In this document: in pieces, positions 9,289-18,158 of the stretch
Position numbering within the stretch: position 1 is the first letter of the stretch
Layout of the letters: each line of letters opens with the position of its first letter
NCBI GenBank assembly: GCA_963707505.1
Contig: CAVPQB010000004.1
Location: 256,001 to 320,000 of the forward strand
Origin: an uncultured Gemmatimonadales bacterium
Lineage (GTDB): Bacteria > Gemmatimonadota > Gemmatimonadetes > Gemmatimonadales > Gemmatimonadaceae
Length of the DNA: 64,000 nt
Direction: 5' to 3'
Program-made: the position numbers and the translations under genes
The notes under the pieces: model-generated
The model's input: the letters and a program-made list of their open reading frames with translations, nothing else
What the model was told of the DNA's origin: nothing
The model's database searches: none

Positions 9289-10227
9289 ATGATCCATTCT
9301 CCGCTGATCCCATGGATCGCGTTCAACGCGGTCGTCCTGATCGCACTCGCGATCGACCTGGGTCTGTTCAGCACGAACAAGAAGCTTTCAGTAAAGGAAG
9401 CTGCGATTCGAAGCGCCGTGTGGGTCGCTCTCGCCCTTCTCTTCGCTGCTGGGGTCTTTTACTTCCAGGGCCATCTCGCCGGAGTCGAGTTCATCACGGG
9501 CTACCTCGTGGAGTATTCGCTCTCGGTCGACAACATATTTGTGATGGTATTGATCTTCTCCTACTTCAACATCAAGGAGGAGTATCAGCATCGCGTGCTG
9601 TTCTGGGGCATACTCGGCGCTCTCGTCATGAGGGGACTCATGATCGCGGCCGGTGCGGCCCTGTTCAGCCGGTTCGGTTGGATCACATATGTGTTTGGCC
9701 TCTTCCTCGTCATTACGGGGATACGGATGGGCATGGGCGGCGAGAAGCACGTCGATCCCGGCGCCAATCCAGTGCTCAGGTTGGTTCGTCGTCTGATCCC
9801 GGTTTACAATGAATACGAGGGCGAGCATTTCTTCGTCCAGGTAAGCGACGAGAAAGGCGCAGCGAAGCGCAGAATGGCGACTCCACTGTTCGTCGTGCTG
9901 GTTCTGATCGAGACGATGGATCTCGTTTTCGCGGTCGACAGCATACCAGCGGTGTTCGCCGTGACGCGCGTGCCGTTTCTGGTTTACACGTCGAATGTCG
10001 CAGCGATACTCGGGTTGCGATCGCTGTACTTCCTGTTGTCGGGCGTTGTCGGCAAGCTTCGGTATCTCACCATTGGTCTGGCTTTCATACTCGTCTTCGT
10101 GGGACTCAAGATGCTGACGGCCGCGTGGTACGAAGTTCCCACAGTCGCATCACTCGGTGTGATAGTCGTCATCCTCGGGACCGCCGCCGGTGCTTCCATC
10201 TACGTGGACAGAAGGGAATCCGTGTGA
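9289..10227 (+). CDS. TerC/Alx family membrane protein
   Basis: EYSLSVDNIFV, QHRVLFWGILGALVMR, DLVFAVDSIPA and YTSNVAAILGLRSLYF. Confidence 0.95.
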   Translation: MIHSPLIPWIAFNAVVLIALAIDLGLFSTNKKLSVKEAAIRSAVWVALALLFAAGVFYFQGHLAGVEFITGYLVEYSLSVDNIFVMVLIFSYFNIKEEYQHRVLFWGILGALVMRGLMIAAGAALFSRFGWITYVFGLFLVITGIRMGMGGEKHVDPGANPVLRLVRRLIPVYNEYEGEHFFVQVSDEKGAAKRRMATPLFVVLVLIETMDLVFAVDSIPAVFAVTRVPFLVYTSNVAAILGLRSLYFLLSGVVGKLRYLTIGLAFILVFVGLKMLTAAWYEVPTVASLGVIVVILGTAAGASIYVDRRESV

Positions 10228-10502
10228 CCGGCACCGGGCTGTCGGTCATCGTGACGAACGCCCGCGTCGAGACTGGCAATCCCGCACGTCCCTGGGCGAC
10301 GGCGCTCGGCATCCGGGACGGAAAGCTTGCAGTTGTGGGTACGGCGGCGGAGATTCTCAAGATGGCGCGCGCAGACACGAGGGTAATCGACGGAGCCGGA
10401 CGACTCCTGACGCTTCCTCCGGGAGCGGTCGCGGGAAGTCACGTGACGGTGACTGTTGCGCCAGACGGCCGTTTGACTGTCCACTCATCGCAGGAGCCGT
10501 AA
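10224..10502 (+). CDS. Stand-alone amidohydrolase-3 beta-sandwich (small-domain) protein
   Basis: GTGA overlap with the TerC stop. IVTNARVETGNPARPWATALGIRDGKLAVVG...RVIDGAG aligns by eye with the N-terminus of the downstream amidohydrolase. Confidence 0.7.
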   Translation: MTGTGLSVIVTNARVETGNPARPWATALGIRDGKLAVVGTAAEILKMARADTRVIDGAGRLLTLPPGAVAGSHVTVTVAPDGRLTVHSSQEP

Positions 10503-10507
10503 TAAGC

Positions 10508-12454
10508 GTGGCTCCCAAGTCTCATCCGCTGGATCAGATACTCGGCACACAGGCAGCAGTACGCGTGTTGCGCGTGCTCTCACCAGGAGGAGAGCACGCG
10601 CCCCCACGCATCGCGCGCGAAACGAAGATCAGCAGACCCGCGGTGCGCGAGGCGATCATTCGCCTCGAGAAGGAAGGCGTCGTCGAGCGCGTCGGCGATG
10701 GCCGAAACGTGTTGTACAGAATCTCGTCGAATCACCCACTAGCAAAACGAATCGTGAAGCTTTTCAAGACCGAGGCGAAGCGGGGAACGCTCGCCGGATT
10801 GTTGCTGTTCTGCGCGTCTTCGTTGTTCGCCCAGGGAACCGTGACAGCGCCAGCGCCAGCCGACCTCATAGTGACCGGCGGCCACATCTACACGGTTGAC
10901 GACACGCGGCCGGCAGCGCAGGCGTTCGCGGTGCGCAACGGCGTCTTCACATTCGTCGGATCGACGAGCGAGGCGATGACGCTCAAGGGCCCGAACACAC
11001 GCGTTATCGATCTGCATGGTGCGACGGTCCTGCCCGGTCTCGCCGATGCGCATGGGCACCTGACAGAGCTTGGCGAAACGCTGCACGAAGCCGATCTCGC
11101 CGGCAGTCTGTCATACGAAGAAGTGATCGACAGGACGAAAAAACACGCCGGCGCCGTTCCCAAGGGCGAGTGGATAATGGGACACGGCTGGGATCAGAAT
11201 CGCTGGGCATCCAAACAGTTTCCGACGAGCGATGCGCTGACACGCGCGTTCCCCGACAATCCGGTCGTGCTGGAGCGCATTGACGGACACGCACTGCTCG
11301 CCAATGCGCGTGCAATGCAGGCGGCGAACATCACCGCGGCCACGAAGGATCCGAGTGGCGGCCGAGTCGTTCGCGACGCCAGCGGCAATCCGACCGGTGT
11401 ATTCGTCGACAATGCACAGGGCCTGATCGACCGCGCCGTTCCGCCGCCGACCGATGCGCAGCTGGAACAGGCCATTTCTGCAGCCATTGCCGACGTGCAC
11501 CGCTGGGGCCTCGTCTCGATCCACGATCCGGGCGAGCCGCGCAGGATCATCGACGTCATGGAGTCCATGGCGAAGAAGGGCACCTTCGATCTCCGTGGCT
11601 ACATACTCATAGCCGACGACAGTGCGGCGATCGCGCACTACTACTCCATCGGTCCGCGTAGCGAGCTGTATGGCGGTCACCTCTGGGTCCGCTCGATCAA
11701 GCTCTACGCTGACGGCGCACTCGGCTCGCGTGGTGCAGCACTACTGTCTCCATACTCCGATGATCCTGGCAACACGGGTTTGCTCGTCTCCACCGAAGCG
11801 CATCTTCAAAGTGTTGCGACATCGGCGCTACAACACGGTTTCCAGGTTGCCACTCACGCGATCGGCGATCGCGGCAACAGAAACGCGCTCGATGCATACG
11901 AGGGCGCGCTCAAGGCTGTGCCGACCGCCGATCATCGCTTTCGAATCGAGCACGCACAGATTCTCGATCCCGCCGACATCCCGCGCTTTGCGCAGCTCGG
12001 TGTGATTCCGAGCATGCAGGCGAGTCACCAGACCAGCGATATGCGCTGGGCAGAGGACAGGCTCGGTCCATCGCGCATACGCGGTGCATACGCATGGCGC
12101 TCACTGCTCAATACCGGCGTGATCATTCCGAACGGCACCGATTTCCCGGTCGAGAACGTCAATCCACTCATCACGTTTCACAGCGCGGTTACACGCGCCG
12201 ATTCCACCGGCTGGCCCGACGGCGGCTGGTATCCTGAGCAGAAGATGACGCGGGATGAGGCGCTCAAGTCGATGACGATCTGGCCCGCATATGCCGGATT
12301 CCAGGAGCACGTGATGGGCTCCATCACTCCCGGCAAGTACGCGGACTTCACCGTGCTGGATCAGGACATCATGACGATACCTGCGAGCGACATCCTCAAG
12401 ACGAGCGTCGTCTCGACGTACATCGGTGGCAAGAGCGTTTACGAGCGCAAATAG
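10508..12454 (+). CDS. YtcJ-like metal-dependent amidohydrolase with N-terminal winged-helix domain and internal signal-like segment
   Basis: PGLADAHGH, KLYADGALGSRGA, HAIGD, RIEHAQ and GTDFP. N-terminal IARETKISRPAVREAIIRLEKEGVV is an HTH. Confidence 0.88.
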   Translation: MAPKSHPLDQILGTQAAVRVLRVLSPGGEHAPPRIARETKISRPAVREAIIRLEKEGVVERVGDGRNVLYRISSNHPLAKRIVKLFKTEAKRGTLAGLLLFCASSLFAQGTVTAPAPADLIVTGGHIYTVDDTRPAAQAFAVRNGVFTFVGSTSEAMTLKGPNTRVIDLHGATVLPGLADAHGHLTELGETLHEADLAGSLSYEEVIDRTKKHAGAVPKGEWIMGHGWDQNRWASKQFPTSDALTRAFPDNPVVLERIDGHALLANARAMQAANITAATKDPSGGRVVRDASGNPTGVFVDNAQGLIDRAVPPPTDAQLEQAISAAIADVHRWGLVSIHDPGEPRRIIDVMESMAKKGTFDLRGYILIADDSAAIAHYYSIGPRSELYGGHLWVRSIKLYADGALGSRGAALLSPYSDDPGNTGLLVSTEAHLQSVATSALQHGFQVATHAIGDRGNRNALDAYEGALKAVPTADHRFRIEHAQILDPADIPRFAQLGVIPSMQASHQTSDMRWAEDRLGPSRIRGAYAWRSLLNTGVIIPNGTDFPVENVNPLITFHSAVTRADSTGWPDGGWYPEQKMTRDEALKSMTIWPAYAGFQEHVMGSITPGKYADFTVLDQDIMTIPASDILKTSVVSTYIGGKSVYERK

Positions 12455-12457
12455 CGC

Positions 12458-13498
12458 ATGTACTCGACCTGCCTCTTCTGCCACAATAACCTCGGCGCGA
12501 ACGAAGTAGTCGAGCATTTCCCCATCGGCCGCCGCCTGGCGTTCGATGGGGCGAAAGGCAGGTTGTGGGTCGTCTGTCGCACGTGCGAGAGATGGAACCT
12601 CACGCCCATCGAGGAGCGATGGGAAGCCATCGAAGAATGCGAGCGACTGTTTCGCGACACAAAGCTGCGCCTGTCCACGGAGCACATCGGACTCGCGCGT
12701 GTGAGCGAGGGTCTGGAACTCGTTCGCGTTGGAGATCCGCAGCGTCCCGAGATGGCTGCATGGAGATACGGTGATCAGTTCGGCAAGCGACGCCAGCGGC
12801 ATTACATCATGGCCGGAGCTGGCGTCGTCGCTGTTGGCGTGCTCGTGTCTGGGGCTGTTTCGGTTGGACTCTTCGCAGGCGGCGGAGCCAGCCTTTACAG
12901 CGTGGCGTTTAACAGCTTCAACGCAGTACGGGGGCGACGCGTCGTCGCGAAAGTTCCTACGCCGAACGGAATTGTGAAAGTCACTCGCGCACAGTTGCCG
13001 CACGCAAAGATCATTCGATCGTCCGAATCGGCCTGGCAACTTTCGCTTCCCCAGGGCACCCACAAATGGCGCGGGATGAATTCCCGGCGTATCGACGCCG
13101 GGCCCAGAGTGAACCTGGATCCGCACGACGCGATCCCGGCACTTGCCGCCCTCCTTCCCGCAGTGAACGGTCGCGGTGGAACGAAGCGCCATGTCCAGAC
13201 TGCAGTCGAACTCGTCGAGCAAGCGGGTAATGCAACCCGACTCCTGGATACTGCTGCTTCATTTGCAATGAAGACAAGTCGGAGCGCGACGGCACAGGGC
13301 CGCCTTTCCAACATCCCACTCGAAGCCCGTCTCGCACTCGAGATGATGACGCACGAAGACGACGAGCGTCGCGCACTCGAAGGTGAGCTCGCCGCTCTCG
13401 AAGAACGATGGAAGGAGGCTGAGGAGATCGCCGAAATCTCCGACAACATGTTCCTCCCATCGTCGATCACAGATTGGATGAGCAAGATACGAGGGTGA
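12458..13498 (+). CDS. Hypothetical membrane protein with N-terminal double CxxC (Zn-ribbon) and C-terminal coiled coil
   Basis: CLFC...CRTC, one hydrophobic helix and an acidic C-terminal helix. Starts 3 nt after the previous stop. Confidence 0.75.
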   Translation: MYSTCLFCHNNLGANEVVEHFPIGRRLAFDGAKGRLWVVCRTCERWNLTPIEERWEAIEECERLFRDTKLRLSTEHIGLARVSEGLELVRVGDPQRPEMAAWRYGDQFGKRRQRHYIMAGAGVVAVGVLVSGAVSVGLFAGGGASLYSVAFNSFNAVRGRRVVAKVPTPNGIVKVTRAQLPHAKIIRSSESAWQLSLPQGTHKWRGMNSRRIDAGPRVNLDPHDAIPALAALLPAVNGRGGTKRHVQTAVELVEQAGNATRLLDTAASFAMKTSRSATAQGRLSNIPLEARLALEMMTHEDDERRALEGELAALEERWKEAEEIAEISDNMFLPSSITDWMSKIRG

Positions 13499-13570
13499 TG
13501 AACACCACCACGTGGGATCGCGCGCAACCGCGTCGGTGTACAAACGTGCTCACTTCATAACGGAGTAACG

Positions 13571-14599
13571 GTGGCCACACCGCTGCTTGAATTCTTCGGC
13601 CTCGTGCCCGGCGCCTCCAAGCGCGGCACTGTGGACGTCGTCGCGCCGGTACGCACCTTCGCCGACGTGATTCTCCCGCCCAAGACGCGCCAGACCCTGG
13701 AGCAGGCTCTCGCACAGGTGCGCAACCACGACCTCATCTTCCGGCAGTGGGGACTCGGCGAGCGTCACGCGACGGGACTCGGCCTCGCATTCAACTTTGC
13801 AGGCCCCCCGGGCACCGGGAAGACGATCTGCGCCGAGGCCATAGCGCAGGCGTTGGGACGACGTCTTCTGGTCGTCCGCTATTCTGAGATGGAGTCGATG
13901 TGGGCCGGCGAGACACCCAAGAACGTCGCTGCGGTGTTCCGTGTCGCAGACGAGCAGGGTGCGGTGCTTTTCTTCGACGAAGCCGACGCGATCGCCGCGC
14001 GACGCTCGACATCTGACCTGCAGCCGATGCAGCGCGAGTCGAACACGACTGTGAACGTGCTGTTGCGCGAGCTCGAGAGTTTCAACGGCGTCGTGATATT
14101 CGCGACGAACCTTGCCGCGAACTTCGATCCCGCGTTCGAGCGCCGCATCCGCACGCACGTTCTGTTCGAGCGACCTGGTGCCGAAGAGCGCGAGCAGATC
14201 TGGCGCGTGCAGATCCATCCCGACAAGACACCGCTCGCCGCGGACGTCGACTTCCACGTGCTTGCGGACCTGTTCGACGCGAGCGGCGGCGAGATCAAGA
14301 ACGCGGTCCTCAAGGCAGCCGCGATGGCCGCTGCCGAGCCCGCGACAACATCACCGCGTGCGATTCACCAGGCACACTTCGAGGCCGCGATGCGCGACGT
14401 GCTCACGGCCAAGAGCATCATGCGGCAATCGCTGTTCGATCCGGATCAGATGCCGGAAGACAGCGCCGAGAAGCGGGTGATGGCGGCATTTCAGGAGGCG
14501 CAGGGGCGATGGGCGGCGGCGGTGCGGGTCACCCTGATCGTTGCGGGCGCCGCGCTGGTGCTCGCTGCCATAGCGCTCCTCGTGACTCTGGTTCGTTAG
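13571..14599 (+). CDS. Classic-clade AAA+ ATPase with C-terminal TM helix
   Basis: Walker A GPPGTGKT, pore loop SMWAGE, Walker B LFFDEAD, ATN...DPAFERR and a hydrophobic C-terminus. Confidence 0.9.
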   Translation: MATPLLEFFGLVPGASKRGTVDVVAPVRTFADVILPPKTRQTLEQALAQVRNHDLIFRQWGLGERHATGLGLAFNFAGPPGTGKTICAEAIAQALGRRLLVVRYSEMESMWAGETPKNVAAVFRVADEQGAVLFFDEADAIAARRSTSDLQPMQRESNTTVNVLLRELESFNGVVIFATNLAANFDPAFERRIRTHVLFERPGAEEREQIWRVQIHPDKTPLAADVDFHVLADLFDASGGEIKNAVLKAAAMAAAEPATTSPRAIHQAHFEAAMRDVLTAKSIMRQSLFDPDQMPEDSAEKRVMAAFQEAQGRWAAAVRVTLIVAGAALVLAAIALLVTLVR

Positions 14600-14748
14600 A
14601 GTTTCGAACGATCGTCCGATCGAGTTATCACGCACGATTTGCCGACCGTGCAGGTCCCGTCCGGCTTAACGTTCGCCTCGTTTTGACGTCGTATGTTTAG
14701 CCGCGCGATCGGGCATGCGCGGCATCAAATCAAGGAGAAGTGAAAGAC

Positions 14749-15261
14749 ATGAAGCTACAATTTCTGGCAGTAGCGGCTGCAGCTGGTCTGATGGCCGTTC
14801 CCGCACTGCACGCTCAGGCAACGACCCCGCCTCAGGCATCGATTACGGGCCACAATCCCCCGCAGCGCGGGATGATGATGCACCGCGGGATGATGCGGAA
14901 CCTGAATCTTACCGCAGACCAGCAGGCCAAGATGAAGGCGATCCACGAGAAGTACGCGCCCCAGATGAAGGCCGCGCGTGAGAAATCCAAGCCGGACTTC
15001 GACGCCATGAAGAAGGCTCGCGCAAGCCACGACACCGCGGCGATGAAGGCAGCTCGTGCCAGGCTCCAGGCCGACATGGCGCCGACCCAGAACGTCATGA
15101 AGCAGCAGATGGCGGAGATGCGTGCGATCCTGACACCTGAGCAACAGCAGAAGATGGACAGCGCGCGCGTGCACATGCAGGGGCGCATGGGCGGACGTGG
15201 ATTTCATTCGGGAATGGGCGCCAGACAGACGCAGCCGGTAAAGCCAGCCAGCACGTTGTAG
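14749..15261 (+). CDS. Spy/CpxP family periplasmic chaperone
   Basis: Signal peptide (LHA|Q), Met-rich, two LTxxQ motifs (LNLTADQ, ILTPEQ). AAGGAG RBS nearby. Confidence 0.88.
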   Translation: MKLQFLAVAAAAGLMAVPALHAQATTPPQASITGHNPPQRGMMMHRGMMRNLNLTADQQAKMKAIHEKYAPQMKAAREKSKPDFDAMKKARASHDTAAMKAARARLQADMAPTQNVMKQQMAEMRAILTPEQQQKMDSARVHMQGRMGGRGFHSGMGARQTQPVKPASTL

Positions 15262-15302
15262 TCGCCACCGGCCGGCTTTTTCAACCAAGCTCCTTTGCAC
15301 CC

Positions 15303-15342
15303 GACGCGGGCCGTCCTGATTGGATTGCCCGCGTCTTTTTTT
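15303..15342 (+). terminator. Intrinsic terminator after the Spy/CpxP gene
   Basis: 9-bp stem GACGCGGGC/GCCCGCGTC followed by T7. Confidence 0.7.
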
Positions 15343-15423
15343 CATCGGCCTGATTGCAGAACACCAACAGATATTCTCCCTCGCGCGGAACGCCCGCGCT
15401 CACAACCCAAAAAGGGAGATGTC

Positions 15424-15789
15424 ATGACTATCAGCCGGATACTGTTCGCCGCCATCGCATGTTGCGTCACCACCAGCTCGATGAGCGCGCAATCAAACCA
15501 TACCTATTCGCGCCCGAAGGCCGCCATGTGGACCGCGCTGCAGCTCACCGAACCGCAGAAGGCACAGGTGAAGGTCGTTCACGAGAAGTACGTGCCCGTA
15601 ATGAAGGCTGCGCGAAAGATCGGCGCTGACAGCGCAGCCACGATCAACGATCACGAGATGCGCGACGTGCGCGTATTGCTCACGTCGTCGCAGCAGCTGA
15701 CGTTCGATTCGTACATGACGGGCGGGAAGAGGTCGAAGCGGAGTGCGCAGGTGAAAGTGATGCCGGCGAAGATCGCGGTGCCGAGGTGA
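15424..15789 (+). CDS. Second, shorter Spy/CpxP-like protein
   Basis: GGGAG RBS, signal peptide, LQLTEPQ and LLTSSQ motifs. KVVHEKY matches KAIHEKY in the upstream paralog. Confidence 0.75.
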   Translation: MTISRILFAAIACCVTTSSMSAQSNHTYSRPKAAMWTALQLTEPQKAQVKVVHEKYVPVMKAARKIGADSAATINDHEMRDVRVLLTSSQQLTFDSYMTGGKRSKRSAQVKVMPAKIAVPR

Positions 15790-15831
15790 GGTCGCGACTG
15801 GATGATGAGAGTCGTCATCCCCGGAAAGCCC

Positions 15832-15864
15832 GTCATCCCCGCGAAAGCGGGGAACCACGGACGA
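15832..15864 (+). repeat. Left 33-bp inverted repeat (CGTC-type REP hairpin) of the GIY-YIG element
   Basis: GTCATCCCCGCGAAAGCGGGGAACCACGGACGA is the exact reverse complement of 16257..16289. A degenerate copy lies at 15813..15830. Confidence 0.95.
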
Positions 15865-15920
15865 GGCCATGAACTTAGATCCCATATTTGCAGGAGTGGT
15901 CACTCGATTGAGAGACTCTC

Positions 15921-16238
15921 ATGAGAACACCAACCGTGTACATCCTCGCCAGCAAACCCCGCGGAACTCTCTACATTGGCGTGACATCCAACCTGGTGCG
16001 GCGTATCTGGCAACATCGAGAAGGCGCTACCGATGGATTCACCACTCGGCATCGAATCAAGCGTCTGGTGTGGTACGAACAACATCAGACGATGCTCAGC
16101 GCAATCGCACGAGAGAAGCTTCTGAAGCGATGGTTGCGGCCATGGAAGTTCGAGCTGATTCAAACGATGAATCCGAGATGGCGCGATCTCTGGCCCGACA
16201 TAATCGGCCTGTCGAGACCGCACACTCCTGCAAACTAG
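15921..16238 (+). CDS. Short stand-alone GIY-YIG endonuclease
   Basis: VYILAS...TLYIGVTSNLVRRIWQH, AIAREKLLKRW and NPRWRDL. 105 aa. Confidence 0.93.
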   Translation: MRTPTVYILASKPRGTLYIGVTSNLVRRIWQHREGATDGFTTRHRIKRLVWYEQHQTMLSAIAREKLLKRWLRPWKFELIQTMNPRWRDLWPDIIGLSRPHTPAN

Positions 16239-16256
16239 GATTGGCGATTCGCATCG

Positions 16257-16289
16257 TCGTCCGTGGTTCCCCGCTTTCGCGGGGATGAC
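16257..16289 (-). repeat. Right 33-bp inverted repeat of the GIY-YIG element
   Basis: TCGTCCGTGGTTCCCCGCTTTCGCGGGGATGAC. Confidence 0.95.
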
Positions 16290-16432
16290 AACCGCCACCG
16301 GTTGCAAATTTTGTCGCCTAGCGTAAAACCGCGCAGCCGAACAATATTCGGCCCCAACAGAACGACGTCGTCGCGGCCGGCTGTGCTGAAGCCGCGACGA
16401 CTGATTCAACCATTCAACTCGCGGCCGACATC

Positions 16433-18046
16433 ATGCCGAATTTTCGCCCCGTAACTCTGCTTGCGTCTATAGTCTGCGCGAGCGTCGTCGCCGCTTCCGC
16501 TTCGGCAGCGGTCGCGCACGCACAGAAGTCGGACTCGGCCGACCTTCTCATCCGCGGTGGCACAGTTGTGGATGGAACCGGCAGTCCGGGCCGAACCGCG
16601 GACGTCGCGGTTCGCGGCGATCGCATTGTCTTTGTCGGTAATGCCGCGACCGCGCACATTCGCGCAGCCCGTACGATCGATGCCCGCGGCCTGATCGTCG
16701 CGCCCGGCTTCATCGACTCGCACACTCATGCGGAATCGGATCTGTCCAGCCCGGCAAGACATGGCAACATCAACTACCTCATGCAGGGCGTGACGACTGT
16801 CATGACCGGTAACGATGGATCGAGCCCACTCGACGTCGGAAAGACGCTCGACACCTGGCAGCGCCAGGGGATCGGCACCAACGCAGCCATGTTCATCGGC
16901 GAGGGATCGGTGCGCGGACACGTGCTTGGAATGTCCGACGCCAAGCCCACCGCTGCGCAGATGGACAGCATGCGTGCGCTCGTCGCGCGCGGAATGGACG
17001 GCGGCGCACTCGGCATCTCCACCGGTCTTTACTACGCGCCCGGAAGCTATGCCTCGACCGAGGAAGTGATCGAGCTTTCCAGGGTTGCAGCGCAGCACGG
17101 TGGAATCTACGACACGCATCTCCGCGACGAGAGCTCCTACACCGTAGGACTCATCGGCGCGGTGAATGAGGCGATCCGCATCGGGCGCGAGGCGCACATG
17201 CGCATCCACATCTCGCACATCAAGGCGCTGGGCACCGATGTGTGGGGTGAGAGCGACACGGTGATCGCGCTCATCAACAATGCACGCGCCGCGGGAATCG
17301 ATGTTGTCGCGTGTCAGTATCCGTACACCGCGTCCGGTACGAGTGTTGGCGCGTCACTTCTGCCACGTTGGGCCGAGGAGGGTGGGCGGGACTCGCTGCT
17401 TGCGCGGATTGCGGATGCGCCCACGCACGCGCGGCTTGTCGCGGACATGCAGAACAACCTGCGCCGACGCGGCGGAGCTGCCGCGCTGCTCATCACGACT
17501 CAGCACGATACCGGTGCGACCGCTGGCCTGCGTGGCAAGACGCTGGATCAGGCTGCGAAGGCGCACAACCGCTCACCGATCGACGAGGCTATCGAGATAG
17601 TGAAGAGCGGTGACGCGAGTGTCGCGTCGTTCAACATGAAGGACGCCGACATCGACAACTTCATGAAGCAGCCGTGGGTGAGCACCTGCTCCGACGGATC
17701 GGGCGGTCACCCGAGAAAGTATGGAACGTTTCCGAGGAAGCTGCGTGAGTACGTGTACCAGCGACACGTTCTCACGCTTCCGCAGGCCGTGCATGTGAGC
17801 AGCGCGCTCACCGCGCACACGCTCGGAATCAAGGATCGCGGAACGCTCGCGGTTGGTAACTACGCCGACGTCATAGTCTTCGATCCGAAGACAGTCGCGG
17901 ACAAATCGACATACGAGCAGCCAACGCTTCTGGCAGTGGGCATGCGATACGTGCTGGTGAACGGCGTTCCCGCGGTCGATGGCGGAACGTACACCGGCGC
18001 GCTAGCGGGGCGCGCCATCAAGCGTGTGGGGACACCGGCGCCGTAG
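16433..18046 (+). CDS. N-acyl-D-amino-acid deacylase (D-aminoacylase family), secreted
   Basis: Signal peptide, PGFIDSHTH, QGVTT, GISTGLYYAPG, THLRDE, HISHIK and HPRKYGTFPR. Confidence 0.9.
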   Translation: MPNFRPVTLLASIVCASVVAASASAAVAHAQKSDSADLLIRGGTVVDGTGSPGRTADVAVRGDRIVFVGNAATAHIRAARTIDARGLIVAPGFIDSHTHAESDLSSPARHGNINYLMQGVTTVMTGNDGSSPLDVGKTLDTWQRQGIGTNAAMFIGEGSVRGHVLGMSDAKPTAAQMDSMRALVARGMDGGALGISTGLYYAPGSYASTEEVIELSRVAAQHGGIYDTHLRDESSYTVGLIGAVNEAIRIGREAHMRIHISHIKALGTDVWGESDTVIALINNARAAGIDVVACQYPYTASGTSVGASLLPRWAEEGGRDSLLARIADAPTHARLVADMQNNLRRRGGAAALLITTQHDTGATAGLRGKTLDQAAKAHNRSPIDEAIEIVKSGDASVASFNMKDADIDNFMKQPWVSTCSDGSGGHPRKYGTFPRKLREYVYQRHVLTLPQAVHVSSALTAHTLGIKDRGTLAVGNYADVIVFDPKTVADKSTYEQPTLLAVGMRYVLVNGVPAVDGGTYTGALAGRAIKRVGTPAP

Positions 18047-18082
18047 GTGGATTCACATCGCGTCTTGGGAATCCATGTGGCC

Positions 18083-18114
18083 CTCGTCATTCCCGCTTGC
18101 GCGGGAATGACGAG
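18083..18114. repeat. Solo palindromic REP (CGTCATTCCCGC-N4-GCGGGAATGACG)
   Basis: CTCGTCATTCCCGCTTGCGCGGGAATGACGAG forms a 14-bp stem between convergent genes. A partial copy lies at about 18126..18141. Confidence 0.9.
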
Positions 18115-18158
18115 ACTTGAGCACGCTCCCGCGGAATGACGACCTTGCAACTGCACCC

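Larger units (their letters stand above)
15832..16289. mobile_element. Putative REP-flanked GIY-YIG nuclease element (458 bp)
   Basis: A single nuclease ORF lies between perfect 33-bp inverted repeats. Mobility itself is inferred. Confidence 0.6.

Noticed and set aside
13571..14599. Contractile injection system or prophage ATPase
   Set aside because: The AAA domain resembles such ATPases, but no tube, sheath, baseplate or other phage genes are in the window.
15800..16289. CRISPR array or classical IS/MITE
   Set aside because: The repeats are inverted rather than direct and regularly spaced. There are no cas genes, no DDE/HUH transposase motif and no target-site duplication.
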